The position numbers and the translations under genes were made by a program. 32,000 nucleotides of DNA. It comes from Candidatus Electronema halotolerans. GTDB taxonomy: Bacteria > Desulfobacterota > Desulfobulbia > Desulfobulbales > Desulfobulbaceae. The notes beneath the pieces are model-generated. The model made no database searches. It worked only from the letters and a program-made list of their open reading frames with translations, and was not told where the DNA came from. Shown here piece after piece: positions 17,897 to 27,274 of the stretch; within the stretch, counting starts at the first letter, position 1; each line of letters starts with the position of its first letter. The DNA lies in contig OW818675.1 in the NCBI GenBank assembly GCA_942493095.1, positions 2,610,001 through 2,642,000 of the forward strand. The letters run 5' to 3'.

Positions 17897-19437
17897 CAGG
17901 AGCCACTCTCTGTTTTCAGCTTGAGCCGGATGTCAAAGAGAATGCCCTCGTCATTCTTGCCCTTGACCGATGAGGCGATATCTGCTCCGGCATAGCGGTC
18001 CGAGCTGCTGAGAAGACTCTGCATGGTGTAAACACTGTTGAAGGTGTCTGTGCTGCCTTTGATGATGACTGAATTTTGATCAATCACGAGCTGCTTGACC
18101 TGAAGCTGCATCGAGGCTGGAATGCGGGCCGAGATGTCAGCAAGAATGGAGAGAACTCGTTGCTCATTCGTAAAGAGCGGCATGGCCCCTGCCGAGCTGT
18201 CCACGCTCTTGAGCCGGGATTGCATGTGGATGTAGGGATCAGGTCCAGGTGTGACACCGGGAAAGCTCTCTTTGAATACCTGCTCCATGTTGCCTGCCAA
18301 GGCGGCCTGCTGTTTTGTCAGCCGCTGCTGCTCCATGATGAGCCAGCCGCAGCCAAGCAGCAGGGCCAAGCCGACAGCGGCGGCAAGAATGGTGAGCTGC
18401 TTTTTGGAGCGGAGCAGATGCCGGGACGGAGCCAGCTCGCCTTGGCGGAAATTCAGGCCATGCTCTTTGCCCCGGCGGCCTGTCTGCTGCAAGGCCAAGG
18501 CCAAGGCTTTGTCGTGCAGAGCCGCCTGCCATGTCAGAGCCGCCGCTTTGCTCAGGCTGGCCGCGCCGTCCCGGACCAGATCACAGGTCCTGCCGGGCAG
18601 GTCCAAGGCGGCTTCCATTTTTGCCAGCAGTTCCGGGCAGAGTTGGGCCGGGCCAGTCAGGACAAAATAATCAGGCCGAGCTGTCATCTCCTTACTGCTG
18701 TGCAAGGCGAAATACTCCAGACTGCGCAGAATCTGGGCGCAGAGGCGGCGTACTGCCGCCTCTGCCGCTTCCGGCTCGGTCATGCTCAGGCTGCCGTCCT
18801 CCTGATAGACAAACAGGGCCTGCGTGAACACATCATCCGGCCAAGCAAGCCGTCGCATGAAAATGATTTCGCCCTGCCAGGCGAGCACGAGCTGGATGCC
18901 GCTGAGGTCGCCGTGCAGGAGGAGGAATTTGTCGCCAGTATGCTTGGTCCGGCAGAGCCGATCTGCCAAGGCATGAACTGCCGGGCAGATGCTGTCCGGC
19001 TCCAGCCCGGCCTTGCCGCAGGCTGCAAGCTGATAGAGCAGCAGTCCCTTTTCTGCGGCAGCGGCAATCAGGCTGGTGCCGTCAGCATCGGCAGCCGCCA
19101 AGGCAGTGGTGATGATCAGCTCTTCCGCAGGCTGGAGCAGTTGCTCTTCCAGCTCAAAGGGGAGGACCTGCCGGACTTTCTTCTCATCCGTGAAGGGCAG
19201 GGTCAGATTGCGCAGGCTCAGGCAGGACAGGGAAATGCCGACAGCGCAGTGATCCGCCTTGCTGCTGCCCAATTGTTCCAAGAGCAGCGGCAATTCTTCA
19301 GCAAGATCAACCTCGGCGGCAGAACGGAAAACATGCTGGGCGCAGGAGAGAACTTGGGCATCCCGGCCTGTGCCGGAGACCAGCACCGCACTGAGCAGGT
19401 CGTCGCCAATATCTATGCCTGCGGCGAGCTGGGCCAT
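17896..19437 (-). CDS. gspL: Type II secretion GspL/PilM-like protein
   Basis: 513 aa; actin-like AAGIDIGDDLLSAVLV, central TM, PilN-like C-terminus. Confidence 0.78.
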   Translation of the reverse strand: MAQLAAGIDIGDDLLSAVLVSGTGRDAQVLSCAQHVFRSAAEVDLAEELPLLLEQLGSSKADHCAVGISLSCLSLRNLTLPFTDEKKVRQVLPFELEEQLLQPAEELIITTALAAADADGTSLIAAAAEKGLLLYQLAACGKAGLEPDSICPAVHALADRLCRTKHTGDKFLLLHGDLSGIQLVLAWQGEIIFMRRLAWPDDVFTQALFVYQEDGSLSMTEPEAAEAAVRRLCAQILRSLEYFALHSSKEMTARPDYFVLTGPAQLCPELLAKMEAALDLPGRTCDLVRDGAASLSKAAALTWQAALHDKALALALQQTGRRGKEHGLNFRQGELAPSRHLLRSKKQLTILAAAVGLALLLGCGWLIMEQQRLTKQQAALAGNMEQVFKESFPGVTPGPDPYIHMQSRLKSVDSSAGAMPLFTNEQRVLSILADISARIPASMQLQVKQLVIDQNSVIIKGSTDTFNSVYTMQSLLSSSDRYAGADIASSVKGKNDEGILFDIRLKLKTESGS

Positions 19438-19440
19438 GCG

Positions 19441-20523
19441 TCAATTCACCTTCCACCAGAGCAGTTCCTGCTCTTGGGTGCTGAGGCGGTGGAGCAGGCC
19501 CTCGCCGCTGCGCTGCAAGCCCTTGTATTCGGCAGTCACTTTGACCTTGAACCACGTGCTGCTGACCGTGAGCAAATCCTGATCCAAGCTGATGTCGCCG
19601 GGCCAGCCAGGCACCTGCTTGTACCAGTCCGCCTGCTCCAGCTTGTCCTTGTTCGCCTCATCCTGCCGGAACTCGACCAAACTGGCAGCCAGTTCCTTAG
19701 TCATCTGCTCATGCAGCGCGTGCAGGACCAAGGGCGGAGCCGTGTTGATGTTGATCTTGCCTTCATTGCCAGCAGCAGTCAGATAGGTCATAATATTGAT
19801 GGCAGGCTGATCACTGTCCGTCTCTTCCTGACCGCCCAGAACCTTTTTCCAGCCTTTGACCAAAAGCAGCTCGTCGGTCAGCATGACTGGCCGGTTGGCT
19901 GCTTTATAGGACGGTGACTGGCTGCTGTAGTAACCAAGTTCCGCCCCGTTTTCCCGCTCCTCATCATCAGTGTCAATCCAGTCAGCCAAGCTGTCTAAGA
20001 GAGTGACAATTTCCGTCTCATCCTCCAATCCGGCAGCGCGGAGAAAACGCTGCCACAGCTCGCGCTGCTGCTTTTCCTTGTCTTTTTTTTGCAGAGTATT
20101 TGCTTTTTTATCTTTTTTCTTCTGCGCTGCAATTTTTTTATTTTCCAAATCTTGGGCCTTTTTTTCCTCCGCAGTCAGCACCAGCGCATTGACTTGGAGC
20201 AGGCCGGACAGGTCCGTGATTTCAATATTCATGGTGCCGCCGGGAAAGAGCGCGGTCACGGCTTCATTATCCAAACTGCCCCAGCTGTCAAAGGCGGAAT
20301 CCTGCTTATTTTCCTGCTGGTCCGCCAGCAGCGCGGCCTGAGCCAGATGGAGGCCGGAAAGGAGCATGGCATCCAACTGCACCAGATCGCCCTGATTGGC
20401 GGCAGCCTGCATCTGCCAGTTCACTGAGCTGCTGAGATGCACGGTCACGGCCACCATGAAGCTGACTGCCAGCAAAGTCAGAATCAGGGCCATGCCGGAG
20501 CGGTCACGCAGCATCGTCTTCAT
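19441..20523 (-). CDS. gspK: Type II secretion minor pseudopilin GspK
   Basis: 360 aa; RSGMALILTLLAVSFMVAVTVHL N-terminus. Confidence 0.85.
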   Translation of the reverse strand: MKTMLRDRSGMALILTLLAVSFMVAVTVHLSSSVNWQMQAAANQGDLVQLDAMLLSGLHLAQAALLADQQENKQDSAFDSWGSLDNEAVTALFPGGTMNIEITDLSGLLQVNALVLTAEEKKAQDLENKKIAAQKKKDKKANTLQKKDKEKQQRELWQRFLRAAGLEDETEIVTLLDSLADWIDTDDEERENGAELGYYSSQSPSYKAANRPVMLTDELLLVKGWKKVLGGQEETDSDQPAINIMTYLTAAGNEGKININTAPPLVLHALHEQMTKELAASLVEFRQDEANKDKLEQADWYKQVPGWPGDISLDQDLLTVSSTWFKVKVTAEYKGLQRSGEGLLHRLSTQEQELLWWKVN

Positions 20524-21190
20524 CCTCTGGCCGGATCAGGCCGACTGGCAGGAGCATGGTGCTCTGAAAAACAATGGTGCTTTCCTCCTCCATATCCAAC
20601 CAGAATTCCAGCCGACAGGAGACCGCCGCAGGCAGGCGGCGTTTTTTGTCCGGCTCCTCAGTGCTGGGAGTTGTGTCCCAGCTTTCCAGCTCTTCGCCGT
20701 TGCGGTCAAGAAAGGTGAACGTGACCGAGCGCAGCCGGTCGGAAAGAAGAAAGGCTTCGGTCTCTGGGCTGCCTGCATCTTTGTCTTGGGGCCGGTGCAG
20801 TCGGTCAGCCCGCAGCAGGAGCAGTTGCCGCCCATCTTCCTTGTCTGGCTGGACAGCATAGCTGATCAGGCCCAAACCGGGCTGGCTGTTTTCCGGGTCA
20901 AAGTCCAGATGGGCGAGCGAGGCAAAGGAGAGGAGAATGCGCTGGCCGCTGCTGCTGTTCTCCTGCCCGCCAATGAATTCAAGATCATCAGGCAGCATGG
21001 CGGAATTGAGATCCTCGCTGATCCGCTCAAAAGCGACCTGCGCCCGGTAATAAAGATCGCCCTGATCCATTGAGCCTTCCATGACCTTGATCGAGCCGGA
21101 CAGCGACATGGACACGGTCGCCACCACCATGCCGAGAATCAGCATGGCCAGCATGATTTCCAGCAGGGTGAAACCGGCCTTGCTGCTCAC
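20504..21190 (-). CDS. gspJ: Type II secretion minor pseudopilin GspJ
   Basis: GFTLLEIMLAMLILGMV prepilin motif and GspJ-like body. Confidence 0.85.
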   Translation of the reverse strand: MSSKAGFTLLEIMLAMLILGMVVATVSMSLSGSIKVMEGSMDQGDLYYRAQVAFERISEDLNSAMLPDDLEFIGGQENSSSGQRILLSFASLAHLDFDPENSQPGLGLISYAVQPDKEDGRQLLLLRADRLHRPQDKDAGSPETEAFLLSDRLRSVTFTFLDRNGEELESWDTTPSTEEPDKKRRLPAAVSCRLEFWLDMEEESTIVFQSTMLLPVGLIRPEDEDDAA

Positions 21191-21630
21191 GGCTGCTCCT
21201 CCGCAGGCTCAATCTTGGCCATCATCACCGTGCGGACAGTGAAATTCTCCTTCTCATCCCGGCTCACGGTCAGCTCAACGGATTTCAGCATCCCGCCGCT
21301 GCCCTTGATGCCGACTTCATCTTCAGTCAGTTCTGTGACCTCAGCCTGCCAATGATAGGCGGCAAAATCGTCCTCAAAATCACCGCTGCCGCTGCTCAGG
21401 CTGTCAAAGCCGCTCAGTTCCAGTTCAGCCAGCTTCTGCCGGGACAGCAGGGCGGCTGCGCTTTCAAAACGGGAGCGGGCGGCAATGGACAGGCTCTGCG
21501 ACTGAGCCGAAAGCAGGGCAGTAAAGGACATGGCGATCACCGCCACTGCGATCATCACTTCTAGCAGGGTGAAAGCGCGTTCCTGCTTGAACGCGGCCAA
21601 ATGCTTATTGTTCGAGCAGGATGCGGTCAT
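21187..21630 (-). CDS. gspI: Type II secretion minor pseudopilin GspI
   Basis: AFTLLEVMIAVAVIAMSFTALL. Internal Met gives a start at 21630. Confidence 0.8.
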   Translation of the reverse strand: MTASCSNNKHLAAFKQERAFTLLEVMIAVAVIAMSFTALLSAQSQSLSIAARSRFESAAALLSRQKLAELELSGFDSLSSGSGDFEDDFAAYHWQAEVTELTEDEVGIKGSGGMLKSVELTVSRDEKENFTVRTVMMAKIEPAEEQP

Positions 21631-22135
21631 CGTCCAAGGAAACATGGCCTTCCACAATTCTGGCCAAGCCAAGAAAGGGGGAAAGGAGCACGGTCAGCTC
21701 GTCGCCATTGTCCTGACGGAAATGAACGGCTGTCCGGTCGGTGTAGCCGCGCTGGTCAAAGAGAATGGTCAGATCAGGGTTGGCCTCGCGATGGGCGGCA
21801 TCAATGTCTGTGACCTCAACAGAAGCAGCCAGCCGCACTTGGCCGTATTGTTTTTCACTGATCATCCCCTCTGTCCCGGCAGGCGCGGCAGTGAAGCGGT
21901 GTTCGTCCTGGTCAAAACGGAGCAGCACGGCTGTCCGCTGCTGCCGGGCCTCCTGCGCCGCTTCCGTTGCCAGACCGACAAACCGGCGGGCCGCTGATTT
22001 CAGCTCATCGGCAAAAAGGGAGGAACGGATATTGGGCATGGCAAAAGCGGCGGTCAGGCTGATCAGAACCATGACCACGATCAGCTCCACCAAGGTGAAG
22101 CCGTGCTCACAGCTCCCAGCTGTTGACATCCGCAT
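21605..22135 (-). CDS. gspH: Type II secretion minor pseudopilin GspH
   Basis: [23 protein letters not shown]. Start re-assigned to an internal Met. Confidence 0.75.
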   Translation of the reverse strand: MRMSTAGSCEHGFTLVELIVVMVLISLTAAFAMPNIRSSLFADELKSAARRFVGLATEAAQEARQQRTAVLLRFDQDEHRFTAAPAGTEGMISEKQYGQVRLAASVEVTDIDAAHREANPDLTILFDQRGYTDRTAVHFRQDNGDELTVLLSPFLGLARIVEGHVSLDDDRILLEQ

Positions 22136-22556
22136 TATCGCCTTCGCCGCCCGGCTCGCCGTCCGCGCCATAGGACATGATGTCAAAATCGCTGTGCAGG
22201 CCGGGCGAGATATAAATGTAGTCGTTGTCCCACGGATCTTTAGGAGCTGCATTTTTGTCAAGATAGGGGCCTTTCCAGTTTTTGGCCAAGGTTCCTGTTG
22301 AAGGCGGCTCGCTCAGTGCCATCAGACCCTGCTCAGTGCTCGGATATTTGCCAGTGTCCAATTTGTAGAGCTTGAGAGCCTGCTCCAGCGCGCCGATGTC
22401 CGCGCCTGCCTTGGTGCGCCGGGCCTGCTCAGGCCGGTCCATGATTCTCGGCACAATCATGCCTGCGAGAATGCCGAGAATGACAATCACCACCATCAGC
22501 TCAATCAGAGTGAAGCCGCGCTGGCCCGCAGCCCCTGTCAGTTTTGTTTGTTTCAC
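22107..22556 (-). CDS. gspG: Type II secretion major pseudopilin GspG
   Basis: [46 protein letters not shown] start at 22556 with AAGGA upstream. Confidence 0.92.
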   Translation of the reverse strand: MKQTKLTGAAGQRGFTLIELMVVIVILGILAGMIVPRIMDRPEQARRTKAGADIGALEQALKLYKLDTGKYPSTEQGLMALSEPPSTGTLAKNWKGPYLDKNAAPKDPWDNDYIYISPGLHSDFDIMSYGADGEPGGEGDNADVNSWEL

Positions 22557-22702
22557 CTGTCTGTCCTTGGTTGCAAAAGAAATCACTGGTCCGGCCTTGA
22601 CAAAACAGGCTGGACTTTTTTCCGGTTTTATGGCAGTAATAACCAGCCGCACTGGCAGAAGCCGCTGCCGTCCGGTCTGCATCTTACCATATCTCAGCCA
22701 TC

Positions 22703-23041
22703 ATGAAATCGGAAACAGAGGAAAAAAACACGGTGAACCTGCAAGGAAAACAGAAGAGCTTCCTGCGCGGCATCGGCCATCAGCTTGAGCCGGTGGTGTA
22801 TCTGGGCAAAGAAGGACTGACCGCTAACGTGGTCAAGGCTGCCCGCGAAGCCTTCAAGACCCGCGAATTGATCAAAGTGAAAATAGGGCAGAACTGCGCC
22901 CTGTCTGCGGACCAAGCTGCAGCTGACCTTGCTGAACAGACCGGCGCGGTTGTGGCGCAACGCATCGGCAGAACCCTGCTTCTTTATCTGCCCAACAAAA
23001 AACTCAAGCCGGAGCAGCGTATCTGTCTGCCGAAAGAATGA
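22703..23041 (+). CDS. yhbY: CRS1/YhbY-domain RNA-binding protein
   Basis: 112 aa; LEPVVYLGKEGLT...VKIGQN, GRTLLLYLPN. Confidence 0.88.
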   Translation: MKSETEEKNTVNLQGKQKSFLRGIGHQLEPVVYLGKEGLTANVVKAAREAFKTRELIKVKIGQNCALSADQAAADLAEQTGAVVAQRIGRTLLLYLPNKKLKPEQRICLPKE

Positions 23042-23050
23042 CTCCGCACC

Positions 23051-23647
23051 CTATTCTTTCTTTTCCGCCTTCAGTTCCTCCAGCTTCCTCTCCAGCGTCG
23101 GGATGAGCTGATCCTGCGGAATGCCCTTGAACTGCTCCATGTAGTTGCGCACCAAGCTGATCCCTTCAACCACCACATCATAGACCATCCATGTCTCGCC
23201 CTTGAGCATCATGATGTAGGAGACAGGGATGCTCTTGGCCTCCTCAACAAACATGGTCTTGACCTCAGCCCGGTCGCCTGCCAGCCGCTCCTTGCCAAAC
23301 TCAATCTTCATCTCCACATAAGCATCGACCTTGTCAATATAGACATGGCCGAGAAGTTTGGCAAACAGATCAGCAAAGGCTTTCTGCTGGGCTGGGGGCA
23401 GGTTACGCCACGGCCTGCCCACCACCCGTTTGGACATTTCCAGAAAATCAAAATGCTGCGAGACCAAGGCCACAATCCGGTCAATCCGGTTGTCAACCGT
23501 GTCATTTTTAAAAGACGGGTCTCTGAGCTGGGCCACGACCTTGTTGATGAAGGGCTTGACCTGCTCCGTGGGATTCGGTGCGGTCGCAGCTTGGCCTGTG
23601 CAGGAAAGCAGGAAAAAAATCAAAAAAAAACGGAGAACTGTTCTCAT
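23051..23647 (-). CDS. mlaC: Mla periplasmic lipid-binding protein MlaC
   Basis: ORF extends to 23767, but MRTVLRFFLIFFLLSCTGQA at 23647 is the likely start. MlaC-like sequence, adjacent to mla genes. Confidence 0.88.
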   Translation of the reverse strand: MRTVLRFFLIFFLLSCTGQAATAPNPTEQVKPFINKVVAQLRDPSFKNDTVDNRIDRIVALVSQHFDFLEMSKRVVGRPWRNLPPAQQKAFADLFAKLLGHVYIDKVDAYVEMKIEFGKERLAGDRAEVKTMFVEEAKSIPVSYIMMLKGETWMVYDVVVEGISLVRNYMEQFKGIPQDQLIPTLERKLEELKAEKKE

Positions 23648-23672
23648 TATGTTCACCTTATGGAAGACTGTT

Positions 23673-24440
23673 TCACAGTTTGTCATTTGCCGACGGCCTG
23701 GCATGATTCTGCCGGGTCTGGTCGCGGTACTGAAAATAGCTGTCCCGCAATGCCCTGTAAGGGTCAATGGTCAGCTCCTTGACTCCTTCGTAGTCGCCCA
23801 AGTGGAGGGAAAGGTTGTTCACTCTTCTGCCGGTGTAGATAAGCGCTCCCTCCTGCCAGGTGTTGGCGAAAAAATAATACGGAGTCATGGACAGGCCGTC
23901 AACCGTGGTGCCGAACAGCTCGCGCACTGTGGTCGCGCCCATCATTGGCATCACCAGATAAAAGCCGTCTTTCACGCCCCAGTATTGCAGGGTTTCCCCC
24001 AGCCCGGCATCAACCCGCTTGAAGCCGAACTCGCGGCCCGCCACATCCCCCAGTCCAGCCACGCCGCCAATGGTGTTGATGGCAAAGCGGGTCAGAACGG
24101 TGCCTGCGTCGGAAAAGCGGAACTGAAGCAAGGTGTTGACAAAGCGGACTGGCTCTTGCAGATTATAGCAGAAGTTGTCTGCTGCCTGGCGGATGTCTTC
24201 CGGGACGATCTCGCTGTAGTTGGAAGCGACCGGCTCCAGCACCCACGTGTAGGTGACATCGTTGAATTTGAACATCAGCCGGTTGAAGTCCTCGAACGGG
24301 TCCGGCACTGCGTCTTCCTGCGGCGCATCTTCGTAAAAGGCATCATCAAGAAAGTCAATATCTTCAGCCTGCGCCGCAGATGCGGCCAGAACAGCGGCAA
24401 AGAGGCAGAGCAGGCTCGACCGCAGGAGAAATCGCTTCAT
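23673..24440 (-). CDS. mlaA: MlaA/VacJ-family lipoprotein
   Basis: 255 aa; DPFEDFNRLMFKFNDVTY, NTIGGVAGLGDVAGREFGF. Confidence 0.92.
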   Translation of the reverse strand: MKRFLLRSSLLCLFAAVLAASAAQAEDIDFLDDAFYEDAPQEDAVPDPFEDFNRLMFKFNDVTYTWVLEPVASNYSEIVPEDIRQAADNFCYNLQEPVRFVNTLLQFRFSDAGTVLTRFAINTIGGVAGLGDVAGREFGFKRVDAGLGETLQYWGVKDGFYLVMPMMGATTVRELFGTTVDGLSMTPYYFFANTWQEGALIYTGRRVNNLSLHLGDYEGVKELTIDPYRALRDSYFQYRDQTRQNHARPSANDKL

Positions 24441-24457
24441 CGTTTTGCTTTGACAAA

Positions 24458-24910
24458 TTATTTTACGCCGCCCAAGGCGAATTTGGAAATCAGCGACTCA
24501 ATATCCAAGGCTGACTCTGTGTCAACAATGGTTTCGCCCGCCTGATAATTTTCCACATCACCGCCTGGCAGGATGCGGATGAACTTGTCGCCAATGATGC
24601 CTTGGGATTTGACCGAGGCAATCGAGTCTTTGGGCACCGTCACGTCCTTGTTGAGCTTGAACGCGGCCACAGCCCGGCCCTCTTTGTTCAGGCGCAGTTC
24701 CGCCACTGAGCCGACTGTCACACCAGCGACCTGCACATCTGAACCGGCTCTGATCCCGGCAATGTTGTCAAAGGCTGCGTACAGGGTGTAGGTGCCGCCG
24801 CCGGTCAGCCATGAAACCTCGCCGAGCTGCACAGCCAGCCAGGCAAAGGCGGCCAAGCCTGCGACAAGAAAGATGCCGACCATGATTTCCACTTTGGAAC
24901 CAGTGTTCAT
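24458..24910 (-). CDS. mlaD: MlaD, MCE-domain protein
   Basis: 150 aa; TM + YTLYAAFDNIAGIRAGSDVQVAGVTVG. Confidence 0.93.
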   Translation of the reverse strand: MNTGSKVEIMVGIFLVAGLAAFAWLAVQLGEVSWLTGGGTYTLYAAFDNIAGIRAGSDVQVAGVTVGSVAELRLNKEGRAVAAFKLNKDVTVPKDSIASVKSQGIIGDKFIRILPGGDVENYQAGETIVDTESALDIESLISKFALGGVK

Positions 24911-25716
24911 ACAATGCTCCTGAGAGCGGTCGCCCCGCCCATTGTCTTTTCAGCAAATTCGCGGATATGCGGCTTGTCGGAATGGATGATCTGCCCGGCC
25001 TCGGCGAACACATCCGCCTCGCCTTTGTTGATCAGGACAATCCGGTCAGCCAGCTCAAACACTTTGGGGATGTCGTGGCTGACAATCACTGCCGTATAAC
25101 CGAGCTGCTTCTGCATCCGCTCAAAGAGCCGGTATATCTCCAAAGTCATCAGCGGATCAAGACCAGTGGTCGGCTCGTCAAAGAGGACAATTTCCGGCTC
25201 CAGCTGAAGAGCGCGGGCCAAGCCGACCCGTTTTTTCATGCCGCCGCTTAGTTGGGCAGGAAATTTTTCCTCATGCCCGGCCAGCTCCAAGGTGTCGAGC
25301 GTGGCCATGATCTTGGCCCGGATTTCTTCTTCAGTCAGCTTGGTGCGCTCGCGCAGCGGCAAGGCAATATTCTCGAACACGGTCAGAGAGTCAAACAAGG
25401 CCGCTCCTTGAAAGAGCACCCCAAATTTGGTGCGGAGCTGCCGGAGCTGCTTCTGGCCCATCTTGACCACATCCTGACCGTCCACAAAAATCTGGCCGCT
25501 GTCCGGTTTGAGCAGACCGAGAATCAGCTTGAGCGTCACGCTCTTGCCTTGGCCGCTGCCGCCCGCGATAACCGTGGTCTGGCCTTTGGGCACAGTCCAG
25601 CTCACCTCGTTCAACACCCGATGCGCCCGCTCCCGTCCGCCAAAGGTCTTGCTCACCTTGACAAACTCAATTGCCGCCTCGACCGTTTCACCACTATACG
25701 CCATTTTTGCTCCCAT
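24907..25716 (-). CDS. mlaF: MlaF, ABC transporter ATPase
   Basis: Walker A GGSGQGKS, LSGGMKKRVGLARAL. Confidence 0.93.
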   Translation of the reverse strand: MGAKMAYSGETVEAAIEFVKVSKTFGGRERAHRVLNEVSWTVPKGQTTVIAGGSGQGKSVTLKLILGLLKPDSGQIFVDGQDVVKMGQKQLRQLRTKFGVLFQGAALFDSLTVFENIALPLRERTKLTEEEIRAKIMATLDTLELAGHEEKFPAQLSGGMKKRVGLARALQLEPEIVLFDEPTTGLDPLMTLEIYRLFERMQKQLGYTAVIVSHDIPKVFELADRIVLINKGEADVFAEAGQIIHSDKPHIREFAEKTMGGATALRSIV

Positions 25717-26543
25717 TACAACAGCACCGCTGTCAGCAAATAGTCAAAAATCAGGACGGCGATGGAAGACAGGACAACGGCTTGGGTTGTCACCTTGCTG
25801 ACGCTTTCCGCGCCAAAGCCCGCGCCCCGGATGCGGTGAACAAAATAGCCGCGTCCCGCGCTGATCCAGACAATGAGCAGGGCAAAAACAAAGGACTTGA
25901 CAATGCCGAGCCGAATTTCATGGTTGGTGACGCTGACCATCATGCTGTTGAAATAAGCTCCGGCATTGGCTCCCATCAGCTTGACTCCGGCCAAATAGCC
26001 GCCATAAATGCCGACCACGTCAAAGATGGCAGTGAGCAGCGGCACGGTGAGGACAGCAGCCAGCAGTTTGGGTGAAATCAGGTAGCGGAAAGGATCAACA
26101 GCCATGCAGTCGAGCGCGTCGATCTGCTCGCTGATGCGCATGATGCCGATCTCGGCGCAGATGGCGGAACCAGCCCGGCCTGCGACCATCAGAGCGGTGA
26201 GAATCGGGCCAAGCTCCATGACCAAGGTCAAGGCCACTGCCGAGCCGAGCATTCCCTCGGCTCCGAATTTGTTCAGGGTATGATGGCCTTGCAGGCCCAG
26301 CACCATGCCCGAAGTCAGGGCGGTGAAGAAAATCACTGCGGACGAGCCTGCGCCGATAAAGCGCATCTGGCGGAGCAGCTCCCGGCCTCGGAAAGGCCTC
26401 CGGAACAGCCCAGCCACGGCGGAGAGCAGGAAAAGTCCCATGCTGCCCAAGTCGGCCAGCAGGGCAAGGCATTGGTCGCCAAGCAGAAAAAAAGGTTTGG
26501 CCCAGCCGGTGATTGTCGTGTTCTGCACGGAATTCTGTCGCAT
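25716..26543 (-). CDS. mlaE: MlaE, ABC transporter permease
   Basis: ORF to 26627; likely start MRQNSVQN at 26543. LGPILTALMVAGRAGSAICAEIGIMRISEQIDAL. Confidence 0.92.
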   Translation of the reverse strand: MRQNSVQNTTITGWAKPFFLLGDQCLALLADLGSMGLFLLSAVAGLFRRPFRGRELLRQMRFIGAGSSAVIFFTALTSGMVLGLQGHHTLNKFGAEGMLGSAVALTLVMELGPILTALMVAGRAGSAICAEIGIMRISEQIDALDCMAVDPFRYLISPKLLAAVLTVPLLTAIFDVVGIYGGYLAGVKLMGANAGAYFNSMMVSVTNHEIRLGIVKSFVFALLIVWISAGRGYFVHRIRGAGFGAESVSKVTTQAVVLSSIAVLIFDYLLTAVLL

Positions 26544-26743
26544 GGTTGGTGAGGAGAAGCCGCAGTCAAGACAATGTACCATAGCGGCAAAAAATTGCAT
26601 CGATATTTTCCGCCTGCCAGCAACCACTGGCCTTGGGCGCAGTCATTCCGGGCAGGCACAGGGCCTTGCCTCTGCCGTTCCTGCATCTTCTCCTGCAAGA
26701 CGGAATGGAAGCGTTTCTGGAGCAGGCGGCAAAGCTGTGAAGA

Positions 26744-26775
26744 GCATGACGGCACCTCGCCAAGTGCCGTCATGC
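26744..26775. other. Perfect 12-bp inverted repeat beside the nifK remnant
   Basis: GCATGACGGCAC (26744-26755) and GTGCCGTCATGC (26764-26775), 8-nt loop, no T run. Confidence 0.6.
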
Positions 26776-26785
26776 AGCTGTTGCT

Positions 26786-26872
26786 TACAACACCAGCTCG
26801 AATTTGTTTCAGGATCATCTGTCCTTGCGGTCAAACAGGCCGCCTTTGTAGCCGACCGTGGGAATGTGATCA
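26786..26872 (-). pseudogene. Degenerate fragment of the nifK 3' end
   Basis: Reverse strand frame gives HIPTVGYKGGLFDRKDR, then shifts (DDPETN..., plus FELVL-like DNA), matching intact NifK FPTVGYKGGLRLLEKILTALLDRKDRDDPETKFELVL with an internal deletion. Confidence 0.75.
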
Positions 26873-26890
26873 GTCACGATCATCCCCCAG

Positions 26891-27274
26891 CTAACCATCA
26901 ATCACAAATTTCCGAATCTCTATTTCCGGCAGGCACTTATAATGTTTTTCGTTCCCCGTGACCAGCTGTAGCTGCCTGCTCACCGCTGAAGCACCGATCA
27001 AGGCATCAGCCAGTTCCATAGAATGACTCAGAGCGTACTGTTCGACATAGAACATCGCTTTGGTGGAGATCAGCTCATCAATCTGAATGACCCGTGCGTT
27101 CAGTATGCCCAATGCCTTCTGAAACGCATTCAACTCCTGCTTATTCCGCACACCTTGGACAATCTCCATATAGGTCACCACGGACAGCGAGAACCTGTCA
27201 AAACCGTGCAGCAAATCTATTGCGCTTTGACAGCCTCTTGAGTACCAGATCAGCACATCTGTATCGACGATCAA
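26891..27274 (-). CDS. PIN-domain toxin (VapC-like)
   Basis: 127 aa; MIVDTDVLIWYSRG, VTYMEIVQG, LADALIGASA acidic PIN motifs. Confidence 0.88.
   Translation of the reverse strand: MIVDTDVLIWYSRGCQSAIDLLHGFDRFSLSVVTYMEIVQGVRNKQELNAFQKALGILNARVIQIDELISTKAMFYVEQYALSHSMELADALIGASAVSRQLQLVTGNEKHYKCLPEIEIRKFVIDG

Noticed and set aside
11733-17995. Long + strand ORFs at 11733-12905, 13373-14626 and 16694-17995
   Set aside because: Antisense shadows of gspE, gspD and gspN/M/L.
18076-19917. 613-aa + strand ORF opposite gspL/gspK
   Set aside because: Antisense of recognisable T2SS genes on the minus strand; sequence lacks domain character.
23358-24545. 395-aa + strand ORF
   Set aside because: Antisense to mlaC/mlaA; composition-driven.
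26305-26961. 218-aa + strand ORF over mlaE 5' end and the nifK remnant
   Set aside because: Antisense to mlaE and overlaps vapC and the pseudogene; no domain.
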